This document shows, in pieces, positions 1 to 12,982 of a DNA stretch of 64,000 nt; the stretch's first letter is position 1; the number at the start of each line of letters is the position of its first letter. The notes under the pieces were generated by a model, which searched no databases, had not been told where the DNA came from, and saw only the letters and a list, made by a program, of their open reading frames with translations. This DNA is from Octopus vulgaris (taxonomy: Eukaryota), in NCBI GenBank assembly GCA_951406725.2, contig OX597828.1:3162001-3226000 (forward strand), written 5' to 3'. The translations under genes were made by a program, and so were the position numbers.

Positions 1-149
1 TCTTAAGTTATATGATGCAAATAGTGAGTACAATAAATAAACTAATAGTTTCGTATGAAGCTTCGAAGAAAGGTGTTCAATAAGAATTTCTTATCGGTTT
101 AATCAGTCCCGTTTCAGCTAGCAACAATATCATTATTCCTTAAAGGTAT

Positions 150-411
150 TCAAGGGTGCTTGCCGAGGTAAATCGTGTGCTTTTGAATCATTTAAATTTA
201 GTGGCGAATTCAACTGTTTTCATATGGTTCTCTGCACATAGTTCATAGACAGGATTATAATTCTCGTATAGAGCTATAAATCTCAAATTCCGTTTTTTTT
301 GTAAGGCTATTTTTATAATTTAAGAACTTCTAGATATTGTCTCCACCGAATACTTGGTTCAATATAATCAACAATTATTTTACGGATTATTTCGGGGTTG
401 GTACATAAAAT
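150..411. repeat. Left arm of a ~260-bp inverted repeat (partner 2504-2755)
   Basis: Reverse complement of 290-411 (attttatgtaccaaccccgaaataatccgtaaaataattgttg...) aligns with 2504 onward (attttatgtaccatccccaagataacccgtagaataattgttg...). Confidence 0.85.
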
Positions 412-1035
412 ACGAACCAGGGACGTAGGATGGGCATTGTTTTCTGTTGTTTTGAATTTTGAAAATTTTACTTAACTCCTACTCTGGTCATTGAATCGGT
501 GAAGTAACCATTTGAAAGCTCGAAGTTCCATAACGCTATCCTCAAATTTTTGCTGCAGGTTGGCATCATTGAGAGCATCTCACTGACTTTTTATTTGCGT
601 CTATTTTCTTTTCTTATCAACATTGATTATCATGTCATGTCACTTTCATGTTAACCAAAATATAACAAATAATATGGTTTGTCACGCAGCCAATCCCGTT
701 TGTCGAGTTGTAAATCTTGTTCGAGCCTGCGTCTCTCGATTTTGAGCGGAATGGTGTTCTTGCAGTTTCTACCATATCTTTGTACAATTTGTGCTTATGG
801 ATGATTTAATACTTTCTTTTCCTCTTGACTGCTCACCGAATTGGCTTGTGATAGGGATTGTTGTAATGCCATCTGCTATAGTCTTCCAATTCTGTGAAAA
901 TGCTGTGGAGTCGCTCCTCAGTTGACACTGTCACGTGACATGTTTGTATTGTATTTGTTCTTCCCTTAGTTTCCTGAGAGATATATAAAATGTTTTCTGA
1001 TGGGACTGAATAAAGAGATTACAAGTAAGGAAGGA

Positions 1036-1038
<3 letters not shown>

Positions 1039-1076
<38 letters not shown>

Positions 1077-1081
1077 GAGAG

Positions 1082-1173
<92 letters not shown>
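1039..1173. repeat. (GA)n/(GATA)n compound microsatellite
   Basis: Directly visible. Confidence 0.98.
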
Positions 1174-1178
<5 letters not shown>

Positions 1179-2503
1179 GTTAAATATTAAATAGTATAGA
1201 ATCGTGTGAGAGAGTGCGAAATCGCAGCGAAACACGTGTTGGTTGGTGGGTAACGGAAAAAACGGGGATAGATAACCGACGAGAATGGAGGCACTTTTAA
1301 CCTCCCCCTACAAAAGAGGAAGGAAGCGGGCGAAGATCAGGGAAGAGACCATAGCTAGGAAATAACACGAGTTTGAAAAGAACTTAAAAGTCATAGAAGG
1401 GTAAAGATTGAGAGATAGGAAGTAAAAAAAGAAGACGATTGGCAGACGTGTTGAAGAGGGAGGAATTGATCGGGGTAATGAAGAAGCATTAATTATGGTT
1501 TGTGGTGAGAGGAAGTTTTTACAATGAATATGAAATACTTTATTCTGCATTTGCAGATCTGGGAGAACCTTTGTGTAAGGTTACTCTGCAAGTCAAAAGG
1601 TGGACCTCGATCTAATCTGGTGAATGCTTAGCTTCGGGTCCGGAGAGTGCATGAAAGGTATTTCAGATGTCGAGGTGGTGCTCGCAAAAGTGATCGTCTT
1701 GATATCACCGATCAGTTTCACTCACATTTTGAAATTTGCAGGGTTTACAGATGAAGTAGTAAATAAGGCTGGGAGAGATAGAATTAAAATGGTCAGTTGG
1801 GGTCAGGTTACGAGTGCACTGTCGTAAAAAGAGGGACAAATATAGAAAATATTTGAAGGAACTGCAATGTATGATACAGAGAGTGCTTCTGAATAAGAGG
1901 TCAGACAAAATTTTTTGTTCTTTGAAAGAAGGTCAGAAGAAAAAGGACTCAGTTGAGTGTGACGTTGATTGTGGATTAATGTCAACAGCGTACGAAAAAA
2001 AAAATGATGCGTTTTCTTCGGATATGGAAAGGGAGTTCGAATCCTTGTTGCATAGCAGGAGTCAAAAAAAAATTACAAGAAAGAGTTGGCAGTTTTGGTG
2101 TGACTAGGCGGGAGGAGGAAATTGTGATCTCGGAGTATAAATTTGTTGGTTAATAATGTACAAAAGGCGATATATGGAAACTACCATCAACGACACTAAT
2201 GTTGGTGGTACTGGTACTTATAAAACAATGCTGTGCTCAAGTCGCATGATTTCGATTACGATGTCGTCACCTTAGAACTGTTGGTCGGTTAGTATTTGCA
2301 TACGTGACTTAGGATGTAGTTTATTGATAAAGTGGTATTTTATAAACATGGCTTGAATGCACCAACATTTCTACATCTAGAAGCACATACCAGTTTTTAA
2401 GTGATTATTGTGAGGAATGAAGTCTGGCCTCAATATGCAGTAGTTAGTGTCGAGAGGAAACCACATTTCTTTTACGATTCTTGCAGAGATTCCTATGCAG
2501 AGA

Positions 2504-2755
2504 TTTTATGTACCATCCCCAAGATAACCCGTAGAATAATTGTTGGTTACTTTGAACCAAGTATTCTGTGGAGACAATGTTTAGAAATTCTTAAATTATA
2601 ATCATAGCCCTACAAAAAAGACTATAGTTCTGTACGAGAATTATAATCCAGTCTATGAACCATAGTTCTGCTATTTAGAGAACCAGATGAAATCAGTTAA
2701 ATTCACCACTAAATTTTAATGATTCAAAGGCATACGATTTACCATAGCGAGACTC
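2504..2755. repeat. Right arm of inverted repeat (partner 150-411)
   Basis: Colinear reverse-complement match through ccactaaattttaatgattcaaagg. Confidence 0.85.
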
Positions 2756-3376
2756 CTTACGTAAGTTATATCAAGTGAACGCAATTTTAAAGTTAGGGTT
2801 GCTGTAAACGGTACCTTGCCATTGTAGAGATTCTTTGGTGTCTATTTGGACACATTTTTAGACGTAAGTGTAGAGCCCTTGTTAGCAGTACCAAGAGTTG
2901 TTACTTTAATGTAGCAGGAAACATATCAGTGGTCACTCGTGTACCTGTATGTTAGCGTCTCAATACATCAATAAATCATTATTGCCGGAAGTGCAGTAAG
3001 AACAATACAAACTGATTTTAAAAAATTCGAAGAATACAACGACTTGCAAAATCCATAAACTATAACCTTTGATGAGGCAAAAGGGGTGAACAAAAACTCG
3101 ACAACATTCTAGGCGACGAGTTCATGTTTATTAATGGTTTAGGAGAAAGGGAGACGCTCTTTTTACCTTTTTCATGCCTCCGAAATGGTGGTTGGAAGGA
3201 AGTTAGTTTTTCATCAGTGATATTTGATATGGAGGCAGCCGATTACAGATTAAATTTCGTTAAAGGAACCCAAAGATCCTCCTCCTCCTCCTCCTCACCA
3301 CCACCACCACCACCACCACCACCACCACCATCATCAACTCAACCTCGTCGCTATCGTTGTTGTTGTTTAGAGGTGG

Positions 3377-3745
3377 GTGACTGGTAGAAACGTTAACGTC
3401 TTGCAGTATTTGTTCAATATTTAAAAATTTTAAGTTTAAAACCCTCTGACGTCAACTTTGCCTTTCTTCCTTTCGGCATCGATAAAAATAAAGTACCAGT
3501 AAAGTGCTGGGGGATCGATGATTTCGGCTAATTCAGTCCCTCTTATTTCAGGCCCTGTGCCCCATGTTAGAAGCAATTATTAAGTGGGGTGGTGGATTTG
3601 CAGAATCTTGGTGTCATGATACCATATTGTCTTTCTTATGGTTCTTTGCTCTGGTTTCAAATTTCACCGAGACCAGCTGTCCCGTTCATCCTTTCGGGGG
3701 CCGATATAATAAAGTGCCAGTCAATGACCGAGGTCGATGATCTGC
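3377..3745 (+). mobile_element. Two decayed tandem copies of a Nin/Deu-domain-like SINE
   Basis: gtcaactttgcctttcttcctttcggcatcgataaaaataaagtaccag and ttcatcctttcgggggccgatataataaagtgccag match the family core seen at 58551 onward. Confidence 0.7.
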
Positions 3746-3763
3746 CTAAATAGGAAACCATTT

Positions 3764-3842
<79 letters not shown>

Positions 3843-3857
3843 GACTACTACTGACTG
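3764..3857. repeat. (CTA)n microsatellite
   Basis: Directly visible. Confidence 0.98.
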
Positions 3858-4559
3858 TAGTAGTAGATTTTAATTGAAATTGGTAGACCAATTGTCTTTC
3901 ATTGTAATGATCATGATGAGAATGAGGATGAGGAAGATGTTGATTATTATGCGATGTTTTGTTACATATTCTAAAAAAAAAAAAAATATCAGAGTTGTTA
4001 CATCAGCCGCTGGTTTAAACATTGGTTGTTTCACAGATATGATATCTCTCTCTCGAAAAAAGCAAAAAACAAATATAAAAAACAAAACAAAACAAAAACA
4101 AAACAAAACGAAAAGAAAAAAACAAACAAAAGTTTCTTTTATGTTGGTAACACACCCGCAGAAATCTAGGACATCAAAGTAATTGGAACACAAGGCTCCA
4201 TAGAGTTAAAATATCATACATAGCATCAACAACAAAAACAATTCCACTTCTAAATTGCTAACGCTATGCTAGTTTTTTTTGATTTCTGCTTTTAATTGAG
4301 ATCTGCAATGGTTGCTTTAAGTGGGGAAGAGATTGCTCGTATCTTGCTGTTGCATCGGACTCCCTTAATTAGATAACTACCGTATTTATATAACCCCATC
4401 GACTAATAAGAACTTGTAACGAAAAAGACATGCCAAAATAATTACCTAATTACAGAACTATTTGGAAAGGAAAAAAAAAAAGAAGACCCAAACTAATGTC
4501 TAAGTAGCTATTTATATATCTTTGTATTCCTCAAGCACACACATTCCTGCACACATATA

Positions 4560-4608
<49 letters not shown>

Positions 4609-5090
4609 GTATATGTTGATGCATGTATATGTATATATATGTAAATTTATATATATATGAATTCTTATATGTATGTATGCATTTCTTTTTCTCTCTCTAT
4701 ATTTATACTCATGTGTATATGCGCACACAGAGACACGGCACACATACTTTCTCTCTCGTTCTCTCCACTGCTCTCCCTATATGAACGTCTGAATATATAC
4801 GTATATATGCATATGTCTGTGTGAGTGTATATATATATAAGATAACAACATATAGTTAAAATAAACAACAAATTTAATAAATAGGTCAATCACAGACTAC
4901 TGTAGTCGATAAATGGACAAAAAGTAAAAAAAGCAAAAACAGCTTAATTCAAAACTCTGTTTTGAAATTTTCATGTCAACGAAGATTCATTTTTTGAAAA
5001 AATTTCTTCAAAAGTGAAATATATCTTGCATGTCCAGTTTCGTGAACAGCCCGACTCGGGGTGGCACTCTGAATAAATTGTCAGCTTTGA

Positions 5091-5285
5091 AGGCGGCAAG
5101 CTAGATGAATCGTTAGCACGCCTGGTGTCCGTCTTTACATTCTGAGTTCAGATGCCATCGAGCTCGACTTTATCGTCCCAGGATTTTATCGATAAAATAA
5201 GTACTAGTTGTTCACTAGGCTCGATGTAATCGCCTTGGCCCCTACCCCGAAATTGCTAACATTGTGCCAAAATTTGAAACCAATA
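5091..5285 (+). mobile_element. Nin/Deu-domain-like SINE
   Basis: aggcggcaagctagatgaatcgttagcacgcc...ttctgagttcagat...gataaaataagtactag...ttgtgccaaaatttgaaaccaat. Confidence 0.8.
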
Positions 5286-6659
5286 AAACACATCCATACC
5301 CCCACACCCACACCCACACGCACACACACGCACACACACACACACACACACACATGCACGCACACACACACACGTACACACACACACACGCACGCTCACA
5401 CATTACAGCAATGGTCAGTAGGTTTTCAAGTTTTCTGAATTTAAAACGTGAATATCTCACATTTTGATGTTTTTCAAATTTACCGATTCCTTTTTTATTG
5501 TTCTCTCAAAGCTACAAAATATCCAGGATTCCTAAGTTTTGCGTTACCCTTCACTCACCACGCCTCACTTTTAAACTTCATACTATAAGTATTTTCTGTA
5601 TTACATTGGCTGTTATTACTATCTGATACTGTCACGTTCCCTTCATCAGTTAATGTGAAATGGATTGCATGTACCCATTGCTGTTGCCATGTCTTATGTG
5701 CCACAATCACCAATTATTTGTTGAGGATAGTTTTCCTGTTTTGATCAAAACAGCTTCCATTTTCTCTCCTCGCTGCGTATCTAGTCTTACGGTGCATTTT
5801 AGTATTAATTTTCATATTCGACTTTGATATGTTTTGGGAAAACACATCATGTTTATAATACATTATTCTGGATATGAGCCGTCCACTTTAGCTGTTATTC
5901 CTACAGTTTTTATTTACGAATATAAGTTGTCTTGATATCTCTAATGTTACCCCTCTTCTCGGCATTGTTGAATTAAACTGGGTAGAACCCATTGCTGTCC
6001 CACCTTCAATCTGTATCAGCTTCACTATTATCAACGGCTTTAACCTTACTAAAAAACTCCTTTTGCTTGCTTTTCTTTCTGTTTTTGATTCTTTCTTTTT
6101 GTCCTTCATTCTTTTCTTCATCATTTAACTCTGAAGAAAAGCAAAATCTGTTACATTTACAAATCTAACGTGTTCATTTGTTGTAATTTGTAGATAAGCC
6201 TTGAAGATCAACGTTTGAAACACCCATGATCTCTTCCTCACATCCGTACCTAACCCTTACTTTGCTATCACTATCTCTCCTCCTTTAGCATTGTCCGACT
6301 CTTGATAAAGATACCACAACTCGCATCAAACTTTGGAAAACTATTTGTTTTTGCACATTGAATATTATATTTATGTCGGCCAATTAATCAGAACTCAGTC
6401 AACGATAACTATTGTATTTATCTCTGATCCATCCAAACACACAGGGGTCAAAAAAGCTTTTATGTGGTCGCACGAACTTCTAGAAATAGCAGCCTAAATT
6501 CCCTCAGAAACATACATCACTGTCTTAAGCAATGATTTGGATAATATGTTGTTAGATACATTATATCTTGTGAAAATGAAAGAAGGTCACAGTTGATCAT
6601 AGAGAAGTTCGATCAGGCCGACCTGGGGCTAACAACAACCCCTGAACCTTTCACCATAG

Positions 6660-7110
6660 ACTCTCATGTGTATGCAAAAACATTTGAAGGAAATCACCAT
6701 TCTGTTACATGCAAATGGGTACCAGAACAGTCGGAGCTAAGATATTCAATGTCGTGAGCTAAGATATTACAAGTGATTAATCTTACATTTGCAGTGTGAA
6801 GACACTAACATTATTTATCTAATTAACGAATTTTAGTTAAGAGTAGCGGGGAGACAACCTTCGATATATGCAATTACATGTAAATAAACAATATAGTGCA
6901 ATGGGGAGTGAGTCCGGATATTACCTGCCCAGTGACAATTCTGAACATTTTTTCCTATATAAATTACCCATAATCTTTCATTGCTGATCTAAAAATAACT
7001 AGAAAGCATATAGAAGTGTAATGAATGAACAATGTGATGTACAGGGTTTCTCCCTTGAAATATATCTGAACTAAAATTAGTCATTATGATAAAGAAAGTT
7101 TCTCTTCATT
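6660..7110 (+). pseudogene. Highly decayed Penelope-like RT-thumb/GIY-YIG remnant
   Basis: Fragments translate as QKHLKEITILLHANGY and CEDTNIIYLI...GETT (PLE-type NGYP and NxIY..YxGET motifs). An HHR-like motif follows at ~7330, as expected for a 3' pseudo-LTR. Confidence 0.4.
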
Positions 7111-7321
7111 CTGGGTGTAATTTTATTTAACTAAAATCCCTAGGTTCAAAACATCAAGTATATATCATCGCCCAGTTTTCTAATCCTTTTTCATGCAGCA
7201 GGTGTCTCTGTTTATTTTTCTCTACAGTTATTCTTTTAATTTATAACGCCCCTTAGTGTTCATTCTCTAAAGTCCTACATGCTTCCCTTGTCATCTAAGA
7301 TGTGACAGTCACGATTAGAAT

Positions 7322-7369
7322 ACACTTTGCTGAGGAGGTCTAACTAGACCGAAACATATCTGGGAATGT
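7322..7369 (+). ncRNA. Degenerate minimal type-I hammerhead ribozyme motif
   Basis: CTGAGGA-GGTCT(aact)AGACC-GAAAC-atATC; core and stem II are perfect, stem I relies mostly on G-U pairs. Confidence 0.55.
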
Positions 7370-7599
7370 CATAGTACTCAATTAGTAGTAGAATACTTTT
7401 CATGAAAAATGCCTCGTTCAGACGAATTATGGCACACTATATATGACTCACACGTGTTTAGGTACCACGAGAAAAAACTCCTGGGTATTTTAATTGCACA
7501 AATAAATTTTACCAGTACAGTATTTTAGTTGTATTTTCAATGGTCCGTTGAATTATAAATAAAATGACGCATTTCATTTTCATTTTGTATCCAAAGTGC

Positions 7600-7653
7600 T
7601 CGGCAGGTAAGTTGTTACAAATTCCTGAGCGGATTCCGACTTCCGTGGCCACC
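7600..7653 (-). rRNA. Isolated 54-bp 28S (LSU) rRNA fragment, not a gene
   Basis: Plus strand tcggcaggtaagttgttacaaattcctgagcggattccgacttccgtggccacc matches the antisense of the conserved LSU segment GGTGGCCATGGAAGTCGGAATCCGCTAAGGAGTGTGTAACAACTCACCTGCCGA at 49/54 (reference recalled from memory). Confidence 0.85.
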
Positions 7654-9489
7654 TATCATTGTTGACAGCTATGTGAAAGAGAACCTGTCTGGTCAACACT
7701 ACTTTAAGAGACAAACAGTTAAAGAAACTGCATCTCATTAAGGATATACATTCATGTTTCTTTTTTCATATGGCATATTCAAGATTCACACTTTCCTTCT
7801 ATTTCATAAACATAGACATAGGGCTTAACTCTGACTTATTCAATTAGCGGATGAATCCCTTACTTGAATTTACATGTGATACGTATGAGCTATGTTTGTC
7901 TAGTTATGACATAAAACAGACATTGAATATTTTAAGCACTCTACATCAATATATTTTCCAGTACAGCACTCTAGAGACCTCACTCATTCCAACTATTTTA
8001 TTTTAATTTATTTAAATTTGGGTTGTGTATGGGTGAAAGATACTTGATGAAGGTGGCTCGAAGAGAGACTAAACTCGGTGTCACATGCTAAGGGAACAAC
8101 TTAACCTTTCTGCCAAGCTTGCAACCATATTTAATAATCATCTCAAGGCATGCGTCGCTTTCGTAATTTAAATTTATTATGAATTAACATTCTGAATTAA
8201 CATTATGGTTACTTTGAATTATAATTAGAGAATATGCCACCATATGCATTTTGGGAGCATTTTGTGCATAACATAGAATTTTATTTAGATTGACTAAAAT
8301 AAGATTAAGATTTTTGTAAAATTTCATTTTATACAGTTACATAATATAATCTATTACCTGAACATCTGAGGTAGTACCTCAAGTATTGCATCTATCAGAT
8401 TCATTTCTGATCACCATCTATTTGCGACTGGCTGTGGAGTACAAGCGCTTAATGTTGTGGAAGTTGGCATTTGAACAAAGAACATTTTAGATTGTAGATG
8501 AGATATTTAGTTAACTGAGATGCGCTATCTCTAAGTTGTGCTTCGAAATAGAAAGCCATTTTTTTTTCGTTTTAGTTTTACAAACGGCAAATATATGTCC
8601 AAATTGCTGCCAAATTACTAAGTTTCTATTAAGAAGCAATCTACGCAAGCAGACTAAAATGATAAACAACAACCACAACATCGTACAGAAATAAGAAGAA
8701 AAAGAATAATAAAATCCAAGCTATTTGGTGGAAAATAAATAAAATGAAATAAAGATTTTTTCTCTCTTAAATTTTTCACTCAAGTAAAAAACAACAATAA
8801 ATATTACTCAACTACTTTGAAACTGTTTTGCATAATTTAAAAGGAATAAATGTTGATAAAAAAGAGAAAAAGAACACGAAATTGAAAAAAACAAAACAAA
8901 ACAAAAACAACTCACCCAAATCATAAGCAAAAAACAACAGCAAAAACAACATAAAATATAATACAAAAATTGAAAATGATTTAAAATAAAATAAATTGAA
9001 ATGTTTCTTACTTATCTATTTTTACTGATAAAAATACAAACAAAATCAATGAGAACAACAAAACCGTTGGTATTATGTACAAATACTTTCAAAACGCCTG
9101 CCATCCTTTCCTCTAGTTAGTTTACCTGTGACTCAGAAAATAATATAATTCAGTACGAATTTGGCTTTCCAACAATAACAACAACAAAAAGTTAGGAAAT
9201 TTGAAGCAAAAAATGGAAGAAGATGATGTCGAAAGCAACGACAAAGTAAATACAAGAAAAAACAAAGAAACTCAAAAATAAATATTACCCTTAAAAAAAT
9301 AAAATTTTTCTTTAATAATAATATCCCACAAGAATTTTTCTGCTAAAACTTACTGCAAATTGGCCAATTATAAGCCTCGAAAAGACTGCCTGAAATAAAC
9401 TAAAACGATTTCTTCAAGACGAAATTTAGGAGAAAAATATTGAAAAACTAAAGAACGATAATATTCCCTCTGAAATAAAAATGAATATA

Positions 9490-9660
<171 letters not shown>

Positions 9661-9815
9661 TACATGCATATATATAATTGAATAAACATATCCCTACGCC
9701 CACACACGCAATTATAGAAATGCATATATACACAACCTATCTTTGCATACATACATACATACATTTCTATTGGTAAAGAATCTTGAAATACACAGACACA
9801 CACACACACACACAC

Positions 9816-9868
<53 letters not shown>

Positions 9869-10451
9869 TATATATGTGCATATATATATATATAAACACA
9901 TAAATATATACATACATATATAATATACTCATACACATACGTACGCGTATAAACAAATACATACAAACAAATGCTTACTGTTATGAAAATTTCTGACGGG
10001 TCCTCGTAGTGCATAAATTAATAATTTTGGTGTTAGTAAAAGAAGAAACTCAGAGGAGAGTTACTTAGGCAAAACCTTCAATGAGAGAATATGGCTTTTA
10101 GGCCTGAATAAAATATCAACACTGATAAATCTAGAATCACGATCTGTCGTTTTGGACCCGGCACATTGTAGAAATTTGTTTCAGTTAAGAATGTTATATA
10201 ATTAAATATTTGCCAATAAAATCCCACTGAGAATCCTAGAAATTGTTTCACAGTATATGAATTATTAAAGTAGGACTGCGTAAACCCCTTTGCACAAATT
10301 TCATTGAATGATATATATTCAGCCTAGTTTAAACGTATTACAAGCATCAGAAGTATTTCTTAGGCCCTTGTGGTATCAGGGCGTTTTTTTTTGTACTTCC
10401 CATTTTTGATTGGATTTCAATTGAACTTTTGTGATATTTTAGAGTCATTTA

Positions 10452-10657
10452 AGGCGCCGAGCTGGCAAAATCGTTACCGTACCGAGCAAAATACTTAGAG
10501 GCATTTCATCCGTCTTTACGTTCTGAGTTCAGATCCTGTTGGGATAGACTTTGCTATTCATTCTTTGAAGGTTGATAAAATAAGTACCAGTTGAGATGCA
10601 ATCGACTTACCCACTCTCCCGTACTTGCTGGCCTTGTGCCAAAATTTGAAACCAATA
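10452..10657 (+). mobile_element. Nin/Deu-domain-like SINE
   Basis: aaggcgccgagctggcaaaatcgtta...gttctgagttcagat...gataaaataagtaccagt...ccttgtgccaaaatttgaaacc. Confidence 0.85.
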
Positions 10658-10730
10658 TTTCAGTCATGGAATTGGTTAAGTTTGTGTAAATGTTAAACAG
10701 GAGTGGCTGTGTGGTAAGTAGCTTGCTTAC

Positions 10731-12760
10731 TTCCGGTTACCCAGAATGCAACACTAGTTGGTCTGGAGTGTTACAGTCAGAAGACGTGAGTTTTGGCTCC
10801 GTGAATAGAAAAAAGAACAAAAAGAAAAATTGTCAATTACGGCTCGCTATAGCGAGCAAAAATGTTGTGTTCTCATCACCATAGCGGTGAATTGAGAATT
10901 TTTGTTTGAAAATTCTTTGGTGTGGCCTCTTTTCGCCAAATAATTTGTAAATTCTAGTGGGCGTATCTCGCTAGAAAAAGTGGAATTTTACCGAACTGGG
11001 GTACTTCAAGAATAACCCCGACTATTGGACTACCTGTTGGAGTATTATACAAGGGATTCCCCGTCTGTTCTATTTGTGAGGTTTTTCTTTTATTTTTCCC
11101 TTCTTCCATTTTTTCATTCTTTTCATTATTTTAATTTTAGTTTCCTTTCCTTCTCTTTTATTTTGTTTTACTTCTATTTTTATTCGGTTTTAATTTTTTG
11201 GCGGACTGTTTTTTGAACTACTTTTGAACTGTTTGTTTGGACATGGCAGAGAAGGAACTTAAAAAGAAGAAATTAACCCACCTAAGCAGTGGTTAAAAGA
11301 TATGGAGGAGAGGACGATGGTGGTTAGAACTTATTCTAAAGTTCTTGATTCCATCACCGTCTTCCCAAAACCAGTTATAGAAAATGAACTGAAAGACTAT
11401 TTGTCCTCTGTGAAATACATATCCCGTGGTGTCAAACATGCAACCGTATGGTTGCTGTTTGATAACCGGGAAAATGCTTGCACATTTGCGAGTCAGCCTT
11501 GAGAGGGCAACGAAATTCTGTTTCTCCCGTCGTATTGCGAGAGGAAAGTAATAAGAGCCTGGGTATGTGGGATGCCCTCAGGCACCGAGGCGGGTTAGAT
11601 TGAAGATACCATCCGACGGGGACTGGGGTATAGCGGGCCCAGGCTCTTAAATATAAGGGTATTTCCGGCGGTCGATTGGGAAGGGTCAAAATCGATTTTG
11701 ACTCTGTGGACCCCATCGTCCGCAACAGATCTGTTTTTTTCAGATTTTTTAGAAATGGCTGGCTGCAGGTATCCGGTGATACTTGAGGGACGTCCCCCCA
11801 AATGTCACTCGTGCCTGCAGCTAGGCCACATTAAAAAGAACTGCCCCACAGGATCATGGTAAGGTCCTGGAACAGTCACTGGATGCCACCTCCCCTACCC
11901 GGTAAAAGGAAGAGGTGGATGTGGCTGAAGCCTCCTCAACCCAAAAAGAATTAAAAAGGAAGAAGGTGGGCAACAATAGCTGCCTGCCGAAGGACCCTAA
12001 GGCTTCGGGAAGTGGGGGAGAGACTCCCGACAAAGCGGAAGAGCTCCACTCTCCCGAAGTCAGGAAGAAAAGGAAAAAAAGAAAGAAGAACGGGTCATCG
12101 CAGTGGGGAGATGATGTGCCGTCTGCATGTCCCGAAGTTGTACCACCCACGGTGGAAGAAACGACCCCCACCCTTTAAGATGTTGAATTAATTATCTTTT
12201 TCTACAAGGGCGGGCAGGTGGAAAAATAGTAGAAGAATATAAAGAAAGAGAAGATATGCCCTTCACACGGGATCCCGAATGGCCTCCGCAGATAGCTTTG
12301 GAGGTAATAAGTTTTCCCTTGTGGGAAAGGCTTAAAGGATTTGGGGAGGAGTGTCGCATATGGCCGGGTGGCATGGAAATGGCGGGATACAGACACTCAA
12401 GCAGCATTGAAGATAACGATGAATATATCGAGGGATATATCGATGAGTAGGAGGTGAAAAAGCCTCGTTAGAGGGTTTGAAACCTCATCTTATTGTATTA
12501 TTTGTAGTGGTTTATAACCTCAATTGTGTGTTTAAAAAATAACATGTTAAGTAAGAGGTTTTAGTGCCTCCTTCTTGTAAGAAGTTTGAAACCTCATATT
12601 AATTTTTAAAAAAAAGAAAATATGTTTTCGAGAAAAATCCAATCGGCGGGTGTTGGGTTTCGTCTCTCATTTATTCATTTTATTTCATTTTCATCCATTA
12701 ATGTGTTTGTCCAGCCCGCAAAGCTCTTTGTACTGTCTATATGACAAATTTTATGAAATA
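10731..12760 (+). mobile_element. Tx1/L1-like non-autonomous ORF1-only retroelement with 15-bp TSD
   Basis: TSD aagtagcttgcttac (10716-10730) / aagtagcttacttac (12761-12775); 5' ttccggtt start; gag-like ORF1 with CCHC knuckle; ends at AATAAA; no ORF2. Confidence 0.8.
11243..12450 (+). pseudogene. Disrupted ORF1 (gag-like nucleic-acid-binding protein)
   Basis: ATG at 11243 with several frameshifts and stops; GRPPKCHSCLQLGHIKKNCP (CX2CX4HX4C) at 11803-11844; basic KKRKKRKK tail; similar to ORF1 pieces at ~49100-49350 (-) and 63780-64000 (+). Confidence 0.75.
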
Positions 12761-12908
12761 AAGTAGCTTACTTACCAACCACATGGTTCCGGGTTCCGTC
12801 CCACTGCATGGCACCTTGGGCAAGTGTTTTCTACTATAGCCTCGGGCGGACCAAAGCCTTGTGAGTGGATTTGGTAGACGGAAACTGAAAGAAGCCCGTC
12901 GTATATAT

Positions 12909-12982
<74 letters not shown>

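Noticed and set aside
430-870. Possible pogo/Tigger CENP-B HTH remnant on the minus strand (FELSNG)
   Set aside because: Only one weak motif, no TIRs seen
1300-2150. Possible PLE ORF relic on the minus strand
   Set aside because: No diagnostic RT motif could be read
5660-6124. GTAMGS/ATAMGT peptides (acccattgctgt twice) resembling a PLE RT motif, or a host exon
   Set aside because: No YxDD or other motifs follow, and no splice support
8043-8085. TTGATGAAGG...AAAC HHR-like string
   Set aside because: Core mutated and stems do not close
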